A stretch of 64,000 nucleotides of DNA from an uncultured Bacteroidales bacterium (GTDB taxonomy: Bacteria > Bacteroidota > Bacteroidia > Bacteroidales > UBA7960): positions 67,293 to 131,292 of the forward strand of contig CAYXEH010000001.1 in NCBI GenBank assembly GCA_964463915.1, read 5' to 3'. Shown in pieces: positions 8,460 to 18,738 of this stretch; the stretch's first letter is position 1; every line of letters begins with the position of its first letter. The position numbers were made by a program, and so were the translations under genes. The notes beneath the pieces are model-generated. The model was not told the origin of the DNA, made no database searches, and saw only the letters and a program-made list of their open reading frames with translations.

Positions 8460-11400
8460 GAAAGCCCTGATTATAAAAGATCTTTTCATCAGGAAAATGC
8501 CCGGTTTTCCATCGGGTATGGAACCCTATACTCATTTTGCCGACCAGCTCAACATCATCGCCGGGCCAAATGCCTCCGGAAAAAGTTCCACGGCAAAACT
8601 GATTCAGCAGTTAATCTGGCAGGATCATGACGCAAATATTGAAGCCAGCGGCTCTTTAAGTATTGACAATGAACCCTGGCAAATCCACATCGACCCGATT
8701 CAGACCAAAACAGAACGGAACGGGATCCCCCATGAACTCGCGGGTCTTCCACCACCAGAATCACGGGATCACTATCTGCTCGCATTACAAGAGCTGATCA
8801 ATGCCGAAGACAAAGACCTGGCAAAACAAATAGCAAAGGAAGCCATTGGTGGATATGACCCCGATACTGCAGCCCAAATATTGGATTATTCGGACAAGGT
8901 CAGGAACAAAAGTAGCAGGGAGTATTCAGGTTTCATCAAAGCCAGGGACCATTTCAGAAAAATTTATCAGGAGCAACAGCAGCTAAAGAAAGAGGAAGAG
9001 ACGCTTGAAAGCCTCAACAAAGAAAAAGAAAAAACCCAACAGGCTGCCCGGCTGAGGGACTTTTATTCCCTCACAAAAGAATACCTCGAAACCCGTCAAT
9101 CATTGGAGATCAGCAAAAAACAATTAAACCGTTTCCCTGTCCCAATGAAAAAACTCGCAGGGGATGAGTTCTCAAAGATCACAGAACTGGAAGAGGAGCT
9201 CGACCAGACGGACAGAAAAATTGAGGAGGCGAAAAAAGTCATTGAAAACAGCCGGGACATCATTGCCTCCCTGAAACTGCCTTCAGAGGGAGTTGATGAA
9301 GTAACGATTGAGACACTTGAGCAAAAAGCTGAGGACCTTATTGACTATGAAAAAGAACTCAGAGACATCAGGCATCACCTCAGAGAAGCCGAAGTCAGGG
9401 TCCGGGCTGCAGTGACCGCAATTGACCAAAACCTGGACACGACCTCCTGGAAAGGCCTGAACTTACAGGATGTGCAGGAAATGGATGAGTACCTTCAGAC
9501 GGCCCAAAAACTATTGAGTCAAAAACAGTTCCTGGAGCATGAGATCAAAGAACTTGAGAAGGAAGTTGCTCATGATCCGTCTTACTCATCCGAAAATATT
9601 CAGTCAGGGATCAATGCCCTGAGTAATTGGTTGCAGGAAGCGCAAAGCCATAACGGAATTTCCGTAAAATGGGCGATTATTCTGGCAGCCACAGGGATCA
9701 TAACAGCCCTTTTCACGCTATTTACCGGGATATACGGGTTGGCCGGCATTCTGTTACTTATGCTGCTTACTTTCTACGTCCTGAGTATGCGCCCGGCACA
9801 AAACAACAACACCCGGGAAACAGACTACAAGAAAACCGGTCTCCCGCTTCCGCAGAACTGGGACACTGAGGCGGTATTTGAACGTTTTGAAAGCCTGGTG
9901 GCTGACTTACAGGAAATCAAGCACAGGGAAAGTATCATTCCCCGCCTGAAACTCCGGCAGGAAGAACTGCATGAGGTCAACCAACAAATGGGAGGCATCC
10001 TGAAAAAAGAACAGGCGTTGAGAGAAAAACTTGGAACGGTTCCCGGCATTCCCTCAGAAAACCTGAAAAGCCACAGTTCACTCTATTGGTTTTTAAGCAA
10101 TATACGTGAATGGCAGGAGCACGCCACCAGGAAAAAGAAACTGGAATCGCAGGAAGAATTTTTGCAGGATCAGATGGAAAAACTGCTGGATGACCTGAAC
10201 AACGGTTTCCGGAATTTTAATATGAATGAGGTTACAGATGCCTATCAGGCCAGGGCCGGCTGCAAAATTATTGCCCGGGAAGCAGATTCAAGGCAGCGAT
10301 CACTGGAAGAGATCAAAAGACAGGAGGAACGGATCCGGGAAAACGTAGAAATCCGGCAGGAAAAGAATCAAAGGTTGCACACTGTATACATGAAACTGGG
10401 GCTGAATGACGGAGAAAAAGAACAAGTCAGGCAGCTGACAGAAATGCTTGAGGCTTACAGAGAATCCGTTTCTGCCCATGATAAAGCGAACATTCTTTTT
10501 TTAAACAAGGAACAGGTTTTAAAAAACCATTCCATTTACCGGGAGCATGAAATAGAGATTGAACAACTCAGTGTGGATGAAGCTGTAGCACTCCGGAACA
10601 AATATGAAACTGACGCAGCCCGTTCCGAGGAGGTCAATAGAAGGATTACGGAGATCCGCACCCAAATCGGCCTGGCCAAACGTGGTGATGACCTGGAAAA
10701 TGCATTGGCAGTCAAAGAAAAGAGCCTTGATGAGCTGGAATTGCTTTATGAAAACAACCTTAGCTCGCTCACCGGTCACCTTTTGGTTCACAAACTCAGG
10801 GAAACTACACAAACGCAGAACAAATCAAAGGTCTTCAGAGATGCGGGGAAACTGTTCAGCCGCATCACCAACGGACGCTACGAGTTGAGGATCGGAGACA
10901 TCAATAAAGCCGCTTTCCTGGCCTTTGACACCAGTACGCAGAAGGGTCAGCCTTTGGATGAACTTTCAACGGGAACACGCTTACAACTGTTATTGGCGGT
11001 TCGTCTGGCTTTCATTGAAACCCGTGAAAACCATTTGCGCCTGCCGCTGCTGGCAGATGAATTGCTTGCAAACAGTGACGATGTCAGGGCATGGTCCATT
11101 ATGCAGGCACTGATTGCATTTAGCGAACTTGGAAGACAGGTGTTTTATTTCACCGCCCAGGATGATGAGGTAGCCAAATGGAGACTAAAACTACAGGACC
11201 AGGCGCCTGTTTCCTGCAAAATATTTCGCCTTCAAAACAGGCTTTATACCGGCGGACGGAAACTTGAGGACGAAGCGCTTTCGTCACTCCCGCGGTTTGA
11301 AAACAAAGAGTTGCCCTCTCCCTCAGGTCTGAATCATTATGAATACGGTAAAGCAATTAATGTTCCCGATTACAGCATCATACATGACCAACCAGCGAAA

Positions 11401-11913
11401 CTTCACCTCTGGTACCTCATCACAGATACCAAACTATTATATGAATGCCTTCGCAAAAACATCAACAGCTGGGGCCAGTTAAGCAGCTTTTTTGAACACG
11501 GAGGCCGCATGGAGGGGTTCACTGACCACTTGTTGGAAAACCTTAACAAACAAATGAAACTGCTGGGCCGTTTCCAGGAACTCTTTCGCAAAGGGCGTCC
11601 GCGACCTTTAGACATGGAAACACTGGATCGTTCCGGCTTAATATCTTCGTCCTTCCGGGATAAAGTGTACAGAAAACTCGAGGCCAGCCACGGGAATCCT
11701 GAAGACTTACTTAATTCCTTAAAAAACAAGGAAATACCGGGCTTCAGATCCAACAAAACAGAAGAACTGGAAACATTCCTGAAAGAAGAAGGCTACATTG
11801 ATGACATGAATCCGCTTTCCATGGAGGAAATCATGATCCAACTACAGGCTTTTTGCGCTGCACTCAATATGGATTTACAGGAAGCAGAAACCTTTTTACG
11901 GAGAATTGTGTAG
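8452..11913 (+). CDS. SbcC/Rad50/YhaN-like AAA ATPase with a long coiled coil, an internal double transmembrane segment and a C-terminal extension (1153 aa)
   Basis: Walker A 'GPNASGKSS', ABC signature-like 'LSTGTRLQLLLAVRLAF', Walker B/D-loop 'LPLLADELLANSDD', and hundreds of residues of E/K/Q/L coiled coil. A hydrophobic stretch of about 40 aa 'WAIILAATGIITALFTLFTGIYGLAGILLLMLLTFYVLSM' lies at nt 9670-9789. I chose the start at ATG 8452 ('MDKKALIIKDLFI'), coupled to the upstream stop, rather than the ORF-track start at 8329. Confidence 0.8.
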   Translation: MDKKALIIKDLFIRKMPGFPSGMEPYTHFADQLNIIAGPNASGKSSTAKLIQQLIWQDHDANIEASGSLSIDNEPWQIHIDPIQTKTERNGIPHELAGLPPPESRDHYLLALQELINAEDKDLAKQIAKEAIGGYDPDTAAQILDYSDKVRNKSSREYSGFIKARDHFRKIYQEQQQLKKEEETLESLNKEKEKTQQAARLRDFYSLTKEYLETRQSLEISKKQLNRFPVPMKKLAGDEFSKITELEEELDQTDRKIEEAKKVIENSRDIIASLKLPSEGVDEVTIETLEQKAEDLIDYEKELRDIRHHLREAEVRVRAAVTAIDQNLDTTSWKGLNLQDVQEMDEYLQTAQKLLSQKQFLEHEIKELEKEVAHDPSYSSENIQSGINALSNWLQEAQSHNGISVKWAIILAATGIITALFTLFTGIYGLAGILLLMLLTFYVLSMRPAQNNNTRETDYKKTGLPLPQNWDTEAVFERFESLVADLQEIKHRESIIPRLKLRQEELHEVNQQMGGILKKEQALREKLGTVPGIPSENLKSHSSLYWFLSNIREWQEHATRKKKLESQEEFLQDQMEKLLDDLNNGFRNFNMNEVTDAYQARAGCKIIAREADSRQRSLEEIKRQEERIRENVEIRQEKNQRLHTVYMKLGLNDGEKEQVRQLTEMLEAYRESVSAHDKANILFLNKEQVLKNHSIYREHEIEIEQLSVDEAVALRNKYETDAARSEEVNRRITEIRTQIGLAKRGDDLENALAVKEKSLDELELLYENNLSSLTGHLLVHKLRETTQTQNKSKVFRDAGKLFSRITNGRYELRIGDINKAAFLAFDTSTQKGQPLDELSTGTRLQLLLAVRLAFIETRENHLRLPLLADELLANSDDVRAWSIMQALIAFSELGRQVFYFTAQDDEVAKWRLKLQDQAPVSCKIFRLQNRLYTGGRKLEDEALSSLPRFENKELPSPSGLNHYEYGKAINVPDYSIIHDQPAKLHLWYLITDTKLLYECLRKNINSWGQLSSFFEHGGRMEGFTDHLLENLNKQMKLLGRFQELFRKGRPRPLDMETLDRSGLISSSFRDKVYRKLEASHGNPEDLLNSLKNKEIPGFRSNKTEELETFLKEEGYIDDMNPLSMEEIMIQLQAFCAALNMDLQEAETFLRRIV

Positions 11914-11955
11914 ATCAGCCCGTATAATCATTCTTTGACAGGCAATTCTTTATAC

Positions 11956-14349
11956 CTATTCGTAATTGAGGTTCTTTACGGGATTTTGCCGGGCTGCCCG
12001 TGAGGAGTAAAACAAAACTGTCAATGTGGCAATCAACAGAATAAGTGATATGGAAATGCCAAAATGTAAGACCCCGACATCAATCCGGTATGGATAATTA
12101 TTGAGCCACCGGCCTATAACCAGGTAGGCAAAGGGCAGTGAAATAAGTACTGCCATCAACACCACCCGTAAAAATGCACCCACCAGCATTACGTTAATAC
12201 TGACGGTTGTTGCACCCAATACTTTGCGTATACTGATCTCTTTCCTGCGTTGGTTCATCATATAGGCGGTCAGCCCGAACAGTCCCAGACAGGAAATTAC
12301 AATGCATAAAACAGAAAACCAAAGAAACAGCTTCATGGTATTTTCTTCATCACGGGTCTCGGAGTCAAGCACTTCATTCACAAAATTGCTCCTGAAAGGA
12401 TGACCGGGAAAATAGCTGGTAAACACCTGCTCAACATCCTCAAGCAACTTGCCGGTATTCTCTGTCTGATAACGAATATTCACCACATTGATCTCTTCAC
12501 GCTCATACAAAAAGAAAGCAGGCTGAATAGGAAGACGCACATTATAATAATTATAATCCTTTACCACTCCCACAACCGTATAGTAATCATGATTGTCTGA
12601 ATTCGGGTTAAGAATTCTTTTCCCTATGGGATTTTCCCAGCCCAGTACCCGGCAGGTTGCTTCATTCACGATGGCAGCCTCATGAGGATCGGTGGCAGCC
12701 TCATGGCTGAAGTTTCGTCCTTCCACAATATCCATTCCCATTGTGGGGAAGAAATCCGGATTTACATACCCGTATCGAACCATCTGGCGGGTATTCACAG
12801 AATCCATTACCTCCATGGTACTCTGTCTTCCGGCCACCCCGTTGTAATTACTTGCAAGTCCGACAGACTGCACTTCCGGCAATTCTTTGAGTAAATTGCT
12901 AAACCCCGTTAAACCTTCATAGCTGGTACTGTCATCGAAATGCATATACAGGGTGTTTTCAGGCTCGTACCCCCTGTCCTTTTCCTGCATATACCTGACC
13001 TGGTGCAATACCACAATGGTAGAGAAAATCAGACCGGTAGAAATCACAAACTGGAAAATGACCAGTATCTTGCGTAACAGCACCGCTTTGGGTTTACCGG
13101 ATGTTAAACCAGACTTCAATGCTTCGGCAGGCCGGAAGCGCGACATGAATATACCCGGGTATAAACCGGACAACAAACCCACCACCAGCAATATCCCTAA
13201 TAAGCCCACATTGAACAGCGGGTTTCTGACAAAATCAATATGCAGAGTGCTGCCCAGCAGCATATTGAATTCAGGAATCATCACCTCGAGCAACACCAGT
13301 GAGAGTAACACAGCAACAAAGCTAAGTGCCAGGGATTCACTGACAAACTGAAGGGCCAGTTTTCCTCTGCCTGCTCCCAGTACTTTCCGCACCCCGACCT
13401 CCCTGGCCCGTCGGGCGGCATTGGCCGTAGAAAGGTTAATAAAATTGATGCAGGCTATGGCAAGGACCAATATGGCAATCAGTGCAAAAACATAGACCCC
13501 CCTGATGTCTCCTGAGGCAGTTACGATCTGTATATCCACATTCCCGGACCCAAGGTATATATCCTCAGCATCCTGCAGATAAAAGGTATTACTCATCATG
13601 TTCCCCCCGGTTTCCTGTTCAGCTTCATTCCGGTAATGACTGTTCAACTGGTTTTCCACTTCCTCCACACTTGCATCCGGAGTGAGTGCCAGGTAAGTAA
13701 TTACGCTGTTATTACCCAGGTGGGAAAAGTACGGAGCGTCCTGTTCCACGGTAGTAAGTGACATCAGCACATCCAACCGCAGATGGGTAAGCAGGTCATT
13801 ATTGTCAAATACTCCGGTAATGGCGTACAGGCGATTGTCATGCCTGAAGGTCTTGCCGATCACATCGGTGGTTTTATAGATCCGTAAGGCCGTTTCTTTG
13901 CTTACCACAGCGGTATTTGGCTCTGCAAGGAGCTGGCCGGATTGCAAACCGGTATTTACGGACAATCCGAGGAAATGCAACACCCGGCCTTCACCGTAAC
14001 CGGTTTGTTCACGGAAAATCTCTCCATCAACCTCCAGTGAGGGTGAAGCAGGCTGCAGGCGAAAGGCCTCTTCGACGCCGGGAATATTCCTGTTAATATA
14101 GGGGGCCCAGCCTCCACTCGTAATCGCTACATGCTGGACATCAATTCCCGCCGGCTCCTGTATGCCAACCATACGGTACAACCGGGCATCCTCCGGCAGA
14201 TGTGAATCATATGAGAGTTCTTGTTGAAGATAAAGTGCAATCAGAAGAAATGCAGCAATCCCTACCGTAAGACCAATCAAATTGATTATGGTAAAAGACA
14301 GGTTCCTGTATAAATAGCGCCAGGTGGTGGCGAAAAAATGTCTCAGCAT
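11956..14349 (-). CDS. ABC transporter permease, FtsX/MacB-like (two FtsX domains with periplasmic MacB_PCD-like domains)
   Basis: 797 aa. An N-terminal TM helix is followed by a large extracytoplasmic domain and 3 TM helices, and the unit is repeated. This architecture is typical of Bacteroidota. No cognate ATPase gene lies adjacent. Confidence 0.85.
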   Translation of the reverse strand: MLRHFFATTWRYLYRNLSFTIINLIGLTVGIAAFLLIALYLQQELSYDSHLPEDARLYRMVGIQEPAGIDVQHVAITSGGWAPYINRNIPGVEEAFRLQPASPSLEVDGEIFREQTGYGEGRVLHFLGLSVNTGLQSGQLLAEPNTAVVSKETALRIYKTTDVIGKTFRHDNRLYAITGVFDNNDLLTHLRLDVLMSLTTVEQDAPYFSHLGNNSVITYLALTPDASVEEVENQLNSHYRNEAEQETGGNMMSNTFYLQDAEDIYLGSGNVDIQIVTASGDIRGVYVFALIAILVLAIACINFINLSTANAARRAREVGVRKVLGAGRGKLALQFVSESLALSFVAVLLSLVLLEVMIPEFNMLLGSTLHIDFVRNPLFNVGLLGILLVVGLLSGLYPGIFMSRFRPAEALKSGLTSGKPKAVLLRKILVIFQFVISTGLIFSTIVVLHQVRYMQEKDRGYEPENTLYMHFDDSTSYEGLTGFSNLLKELPEVQSVGLASNYNGVAGRQSTMEVMDSVNTRQMVRYGYVNPDFFPTMGMDIVEGRNFSHEAATDPHEAAIVNEATCRVLGWENPIGKRILNPNSDNHDYYTVVGVVKDYNYYNVRLPIQPAFFLYEREEINVVNIRYQTENTGKLLEDVEQVFTSYFPGHPFRSNFVNEVLDSETRDEENTMKLFLWFSVLCIVISCLGLFGLTAYMMNQRRKEISIRKVLGATTVSINVMLVGAFLRVVLMAVLISLPFAYLVIGRWLNNYPYRIDVGVLHFGISISLILLIATLTVLFYSSRAARQNPVKNLNYE

Positions 14350-14378
14350 AACTCCGGATTTCGTTCACAGGGGTTTAC

Positions 14379-14394
14379 CGCCAAAAATATGCCA
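14379..14394 (-). promoter_or_regulatory. Candidate sigma-54 (-24/-12) promoter upstream of the FtsX permease
   Basis: The minus strand reads TGGCAT-ATTTT-TGGCG, with GG and GC at the canonical 10-nt spacing, about 30 nt upstream of the ATG at 14349. The -12 element is imperfect (TGGCG versus TTGCW). Confidence 0.3.
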
Positions 14395-14563
14395 CCTTCT
14401 TTAATCGCCTCTGGGATAACGACAAAAGAAACAATAAAAAAACAAACCCATCCAGAGTTGTACAAAATCGTACATAGACTGTACATTATCGCACACTTGC
14501 TGTTCTTTTGAAGGGATAATCAGCCAACGGACTTAATATATACTAAGTCAGCACTTCGTATGA

Positions 14564-15781
14564 CTAAGTCAACACCTCATACTTTTTCATCTTACCATCC
14601 AGGGCCTTTCGGATTGTTAAAAGCTGCGATGAATCCTGCAGGTTAAAAGTAAGGGTTACAAGCACATACCCCACAGGCACTGTGGTAATTGATCTTTCAT
14701 GGGATATCTCATTGATGTTGGCCCGCAACTTCTCCAGTATACTGATAATTGATTTAAGCTCACCGGCAACGTCAGGGATAAGCACCGCGATCCGGGCTCG
14801 CAGGCCTTCTTCCATCATTCCTTTTTCCAGGATCTGTTCCAGGATTCCCATGTTAATGTTTCCGCCACTGATCACAGGAACCACATTTCGACCCGAAAGA
14901 TCAGCCTTTTTGTGCAATACAGCAGCCATTGCAGCCACGCCGGCAGGTTCAGCCAGAATCTTTGCGCGCTGTAAAAGAAGGTAAGCTGTGTGGGCAATCT
15001 CGGCATCATTCACCACCAACAACTCATCCACATAATTTTTGGTTGCCTCATATGTCAGGTTTCCGGGGGTTTTCACCGCTATTCCGTCGGCAATGGTTTG
15101 CATAGTGGTCAGCTTCTCCGGCTTTCCTGACTTCAGGGAGTTCTTCATGGATTGTGCCCCGGACGCCTCCACCCCGATAATGCGAATATCAGGGTTCATT
15201 TCCTTCAACGCAATGGCAATTCCGGCAATCATACCTCCTCCGCCGACGGGCACCAGCACGTCCTCAATAGAATCCATCGACTGAAACAGCTCCAGTCCGA
15301 TGGTCCCCTGACCCGCAATAATATACGGGTCATCAAAGGGATGCACAAATGCCGCACCCGATTTTTCCTGGTACTTCATGGCTGCAGCAAAAGCATCATC
15401 AAATGTTTCGCCTTCCAGTACCACTTCCCCTCCATAGCTGCGGGTAGCAATCACCTTTAAAGGAGGGGTAAATACAGGCATAAAGATCCGTGCTTTTATC
15501 CCGACCAGTTTAGCTGCAAATGCCACTCCCTGGGCATGATTCCCTGCCGAGGCACAAACCACTCCTTTCTGAAGTTCACTTTTGGGAAGGTTAATTATCT
15601 TATTGTAGGCACCCCTGACTTTAAAGGAACCGGTCGACTGGAGATTCTCCAGCTTCATAAACACATTTGCCCCGGCCATGGCAGAAAATGACTTGGAGTG
15701 TTCAAGTGGGGTCACTTTCACTATGCCCTTGAGTCTGCGCTGGGCTTTAATAATATCGGAGTAATCGGGAAGTTTTGCCAT
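14564..15781 (-). CDS. ilvA: Threonine ammonia-lyase (threonine dehydratase) with one C-terminal ACT-like regulatory domain
   Basis: PLP lysine motif 'ENLQSTGSFKVRGA', 'SAGNHAQGVA', glycine loop 'VPVGGGGMIAG', and a C-terminal regulatory domain of about 80 aa. I chose the start at the ATG giving 'MAKLPDYSDI'. Confidence 0.9.
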   Translation of the reverse strand: MAKLPDYSDIIKAQRRLKGIVKVTPLEHSKSFSAMAGANVFMKLENLQSTGSFKVRGAYNKIINLPKSELQKGVVCASAGNHAQGVAFAAKLVGIKARIFMPVFTPPLKVIATRSYGGEVVLEGETFDDAFAAAMKYQEKSGAAFVHPFDDPYIIAGQGTIGLELFQSMDSIEDVLVPVGGGGMIAGIAIALKEMNPDIRIIGVEASGAQSMKNSLKSGKPEKLTTMQTIADGIAVKTPGNLTYEATKNYVDELLVVNDAEIAHTAYLLLQRAKILAEPAGVAAMAAVLHKKADLSGRNVVPVISGGNINMGILEQILEKGMMEEGLRARIAVLIPDVAGELKSIISILEKLRANINEISHERSITTVPVGYVLVTLTFNLQDSSQLLTIRKALDGKMKKYEVLT

Positions 15782-15829
15782 AACGCAAAGATAAGCGCTT
15801 TCACCTAAAACAACATCCCTCAAATACCA

Positions 15830-16927
15830 TTACACGGATCCCGCAGATCCATTGGGTCTACTGATTGCCATATTAAACCCATCAACCAGCTCCCTGAAAG
15901 TTTCCTTAACCGTGGTGATCCTGGAAGCCAGATAGGCATTTGTCCCTGCAAAAGCATAACCATTCTGCATATTTCCTTTATATGCACTGTATAAGGCATT
16001 GATGATGCAGTAAGGGCTGCTTGACACATCACAGGTCCGGATACAATGAAACGGACATTTGATGGGGCGCTTCAATCCCTGTTTAACCTTGTCAATAAAA
16101 CCGTTGTTTATTGCACGGCCGGGCATCCCCACAGGGCTCTGGATAATTTCAATGTCGGACTGGGAGGCATTGAGATATACCTGTTTAAAGCCTGGAGAAG
16201 CATCGCATTCTTCGGTGGTAACAAAACGGGTGCCGATCTGTACAGCGGTGGCACCTATTTTCAATATATTGAATATATCCTGACCCGAATAAATTCCCCC
16301 GGCAGCAATCACCGGAATTTTTTGCTGGTATTGTTCCTCAAAAACACTCACTTCCTTTACAACGGCAGGTACAAGCTCTTCCAGCGAATAGCGCTCATCT
16401 TCAATCTGGTCGTTTTTAAAGCCCAGATGCCCTCCTGCTTTCGGACCTTCCACCACGATGGCATCCGGCAGGTAATTGTGGGTTGATTTCCATTTGGTAC
16501 AGATCAGTTTAGCTGCCCTGGCAGAAGAAACAATAGGAACCAGTTTGGTTTTACTTCCTGGTGTAAGAAAAGAGGGCAATTCGAAGGGAAGCCCCGCCCC
16601 TGAAAAAATAATATCCGATTTCTCTGCAATGGCGGTTTTCACCAGATCGGCAAAATTTGACATGGCAACCATGATATTCACTCCGATGATCCCTTTTGTT
16701 TTTTCTTTGGCCAGCCTGATTTCCTTTTTCAGGCCTTCAATATTGGCCTCCAGGTAGTCCATCGTTGAATTCCGGTGAACAAAGCCCAGTCCGGCGGCGG
16801 ATATCACACCCACGCCTCCCTGATTGGCCACGGCAGCGGCAAGTCCGGACAAAGAAATGCCAACACCCATGCCACCCTGGATGATCGGTACGGGGATACT
16901 CAGTTTCCCCAGTTTTAATTCTCGCAT
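15830..16927 (-). CDS. Nitronate monooxygenase family / FabK-like FMN oxidoreductase
   Basis: 'PIIQGGMGVGIS', 'EGPKAGGHLG' and 'VIAAGGI' TIM-barrel FMN motifs of the NMO/FabK family. It has a Cys-containing C-terminal extension ('KCPFHCIRTCD'). Confidence 0.8.
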   Translation of the reverse strand: MRELKLGKLSIPVPIIQGGMGVGISLSGLAAAVANQGGVGVISAAGLGFVHRNSTMDYLEANIEGLKKEIRLAKEKTKGIIGVNIMVAMSNFADLVKTAIAEKSDIIFSGAGLPFELPSFLTPGSKTKLVPIVSSARAAKLICTKWKSTHNYLPDAIVVEGPKAGGHLGFKNDQIEDERYSLEELVPAVVKEVSVFEEQYQQKIPVIAAGGIYSGQDIFNILKIGATAVQIGTRFVTTEECDASPGFKQVYLNASQSDIEIIQSPVGMPGRAINNGFIDKVKQGLKRPIKCPFHCIRTCDVSSSPYCIINALYSAYKGNMQNGYAFAGTNAYLASRITTVKETFRELVDGFNMAISRPNGSAGSV

Positions 16928-17043
16928 TATTGAAATCCTCTCTGCTAAATAACTAAATAAAGTAAGCTATACAAAGGTAATCATATTAAACGACCGCTTA
17001 ACATAGAATAATGCGACAACTGTTAAATAAACAAACAAAAGAA

Positions 17044-18738
17044 TTATTGCTTTTCAAAGATAATACCAGTTGACCTTCCGCTGGAAGCTTCAAAGGCCGT
17101 AACCCCTCCTTCTGCGTTACGAATAAAATTCAGGTTCATTATGGGAAATGCACCGGCAAACGCATCTTTGTCATCAGCCTTCAGCGGAATCTCACCCAAC
17201 CGCCTTTGCCAAAGTATAAGTTTGCCCTCATCATTTACTTCCACACGATAAAAAGCCTCCAGTTCCTCACTGAAATACCTCCCCGTATAATTGTCCAGGT
17301 CGTCAGCGGAAGGCTCCCAGGCGGGTTCTGTGATCCGGTTAAGGCGATGGTTTCCGTTCTGATGGAGGGTCACTGCATCCGCTTCTCCATCTTCATTCCG
17401 GTGAAAAGTCATGCTGGCCTCCACCACTGTGAGGTAGAATGTGGAATCAGAACCGGAAAATATTTCAAAGCGGGGTTGCCCGGTAGCCTGTGCATACAAC
17501 TGGTCTTCTTCCCTGGTAAACTCCATGATGAATCCGGGTGCCGCTTCCATCTCATACCTCCCCGACAGCTTGTCAAACTTTTCCGGATCATAAACAAACG
17601 ATGCATCTGCCTGCGAATGGTCGCTTTCCTCAATGTCCATCAAGTCGGAAAAAAATGCTTCTGCTACCCGCTTCGCGATCTGATCGGGGAAGGTATTGTT
17701 ATTGCTTTGGGTAACCACTGCACCTTCGACCTCCGGAAACAACACAAATACAGAACGATGGGCCACATCTGCCCCGCCGTGCTGGATCATCTTAAGTCCG
17801 TTCAATTCTCCAATGACCAGTCCATACCCGTAAGATGTTGTTTTTCCGTTGTTAAGTAAAAAAGGGGTCGTCATTTTCTCAATTATTTCCGGGCTGCCCA
17901 CAACAGGATCATAGAAATTCCTGATCCACTTCTCCAGGTCAACTGGTGTGGTATAAATACCTCCCGGACCCATTGACGCATAAATATCGGAAACAGCTGC
18001 GATTTCCTCCTCTTCCACACTATATCCCTGGGCTCGGCCGGGAACGATGTGTCCGGGATGACGACGAATCAACGTTTGCTCCATTCCAAGGGGTTTGAAC
18101 ACGTTCTCCTGCATCCAATCGGGAAAATCTTCTCCTGTGACTTTCTCCACAACCATAGCCAAAAGGGCATATCCGGTATTGTTATAGTTATAAATATCTC
18201 CCGGTGTATTCTGAAGCTTTGGCTGGTTCCGGATCAGGGCAATAATCTCCTTCCGGCGAATATGATCACTCAGATGCAGACCCGACATGGCCAGCGAATT
18301 CAAATACTCCCTGTAGCCACTGGTATGCGAGATCAGATGACGCAGACGAACGGTATCACCCAGTTGGGGAAGTTCCGGAATATATTCCCGGATATCATCT
18401 TCCACTGATAATTGACCCTGATCTTCCAGTAACGCGATGGCAAAAGCGGTAAATTGCTTGGACGTAGAACCAATGTTGGTAGGTGTAGTGAGGTCAAATG
18501 GTACATTGTATGAAAGGTTGGCCATGCCAAAGGCATTTTGATACACCACCTTATTATCCCGCATGACCCAAATCACCCCGCCGGGGGTTTGTTCATTGTC
18601 ATAATCTTCGATCAGCTGCCGGACAATTGATGCAGCATCTGTATCGGGGTCACCGGCATAAAGTTCATTTCCCGGCCCGAAGGCAATAATTAAATAAATC
18701 ACTGATGATGCAAGCAGATGAACAGTAAATTTTTTCAT
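17044..18738 (-). CDS. Secreted serine hydrolase, beta-lactamase/transpeptidase-like fold (class C / DD-peptidase family) with an extra C-terminal domain
   Basis: Signal peptide, S-x-x-K motif 'GSTSKQF', and Y-x-N region 'YNYNNTGYAL'. The ORF-track start at 18744 is a TTG, so I prefer the ATG at 18736-18738. Confidence 0.8.
   Translation of the reverse strand: MKKFTVHLLASSVIYLIIAFGPGNELYAGDPDTDAASIVRQLIEDYDNEQTPGGVIWVMRDNKVVYQNAFGMANLSYNVPFDLTTPTNIGSTSKQFTAFAIALLEDQGQLSVEDDIREYIPELPQLGDTVRLRHLISHTSGYREYLNSLAMSGLHLSDHIRRKEIIALIRNQPKLQNTPGDIYNYNNTGYALLAMVVEKVTGEDFPDWMQENVFKPLGMEQTLIRRHPGHIVPGRAQGYSVEEEEIAAVSDIYASMGPGGIYTTPVDLEKWIRNFYDPVVGSPEIIEKMTTPFLLNNGKTTSYGYGLVIGELNGLKMIQHGGADVAHRSVFVLFPEVEGAVVTQSNNNTFPDQIAKRVAEAFFSDLMDIEESDHSQADASFVYDPEKFDKLSGRYEMEAAPGFIMEFTREEDQLYAQATGQPRFEIFSGSDSTFYLTVVEASMTFHRNEDGEADAVTLHQNGNHRLNRITEPAWEPSADDLDNYTGRYFSEELEAFYRVEVNDEGKLILWQRRLGEIPLKADDKDAFAGAFPIMNLNFIRNAEGGVTAFEASSGRSTGIIFEKQ

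Noticed and set aside
7155-11913. I considered calling the SbcD/SbcC-like pair a phage-defence system (Lamassu/Gabija/Wadjet-like).
   Set aside because: The domain composition does not match those systems. There is no LmuA-type effector, no TOPRIM/OLD nuclease, and no JetABCD set. The flanking genes are housekeeping rather than a defence island. It is kept as an open question in the findings, not as a call.
14500-14563. The hairpin GACTTA-N8-TAAGTC just downstream of the ilvA stop could be a terminator.
   Set aside because: The stem is only 6 bp and AT-rich, and no U-tract follows on the minus strand. It is too weak to call.
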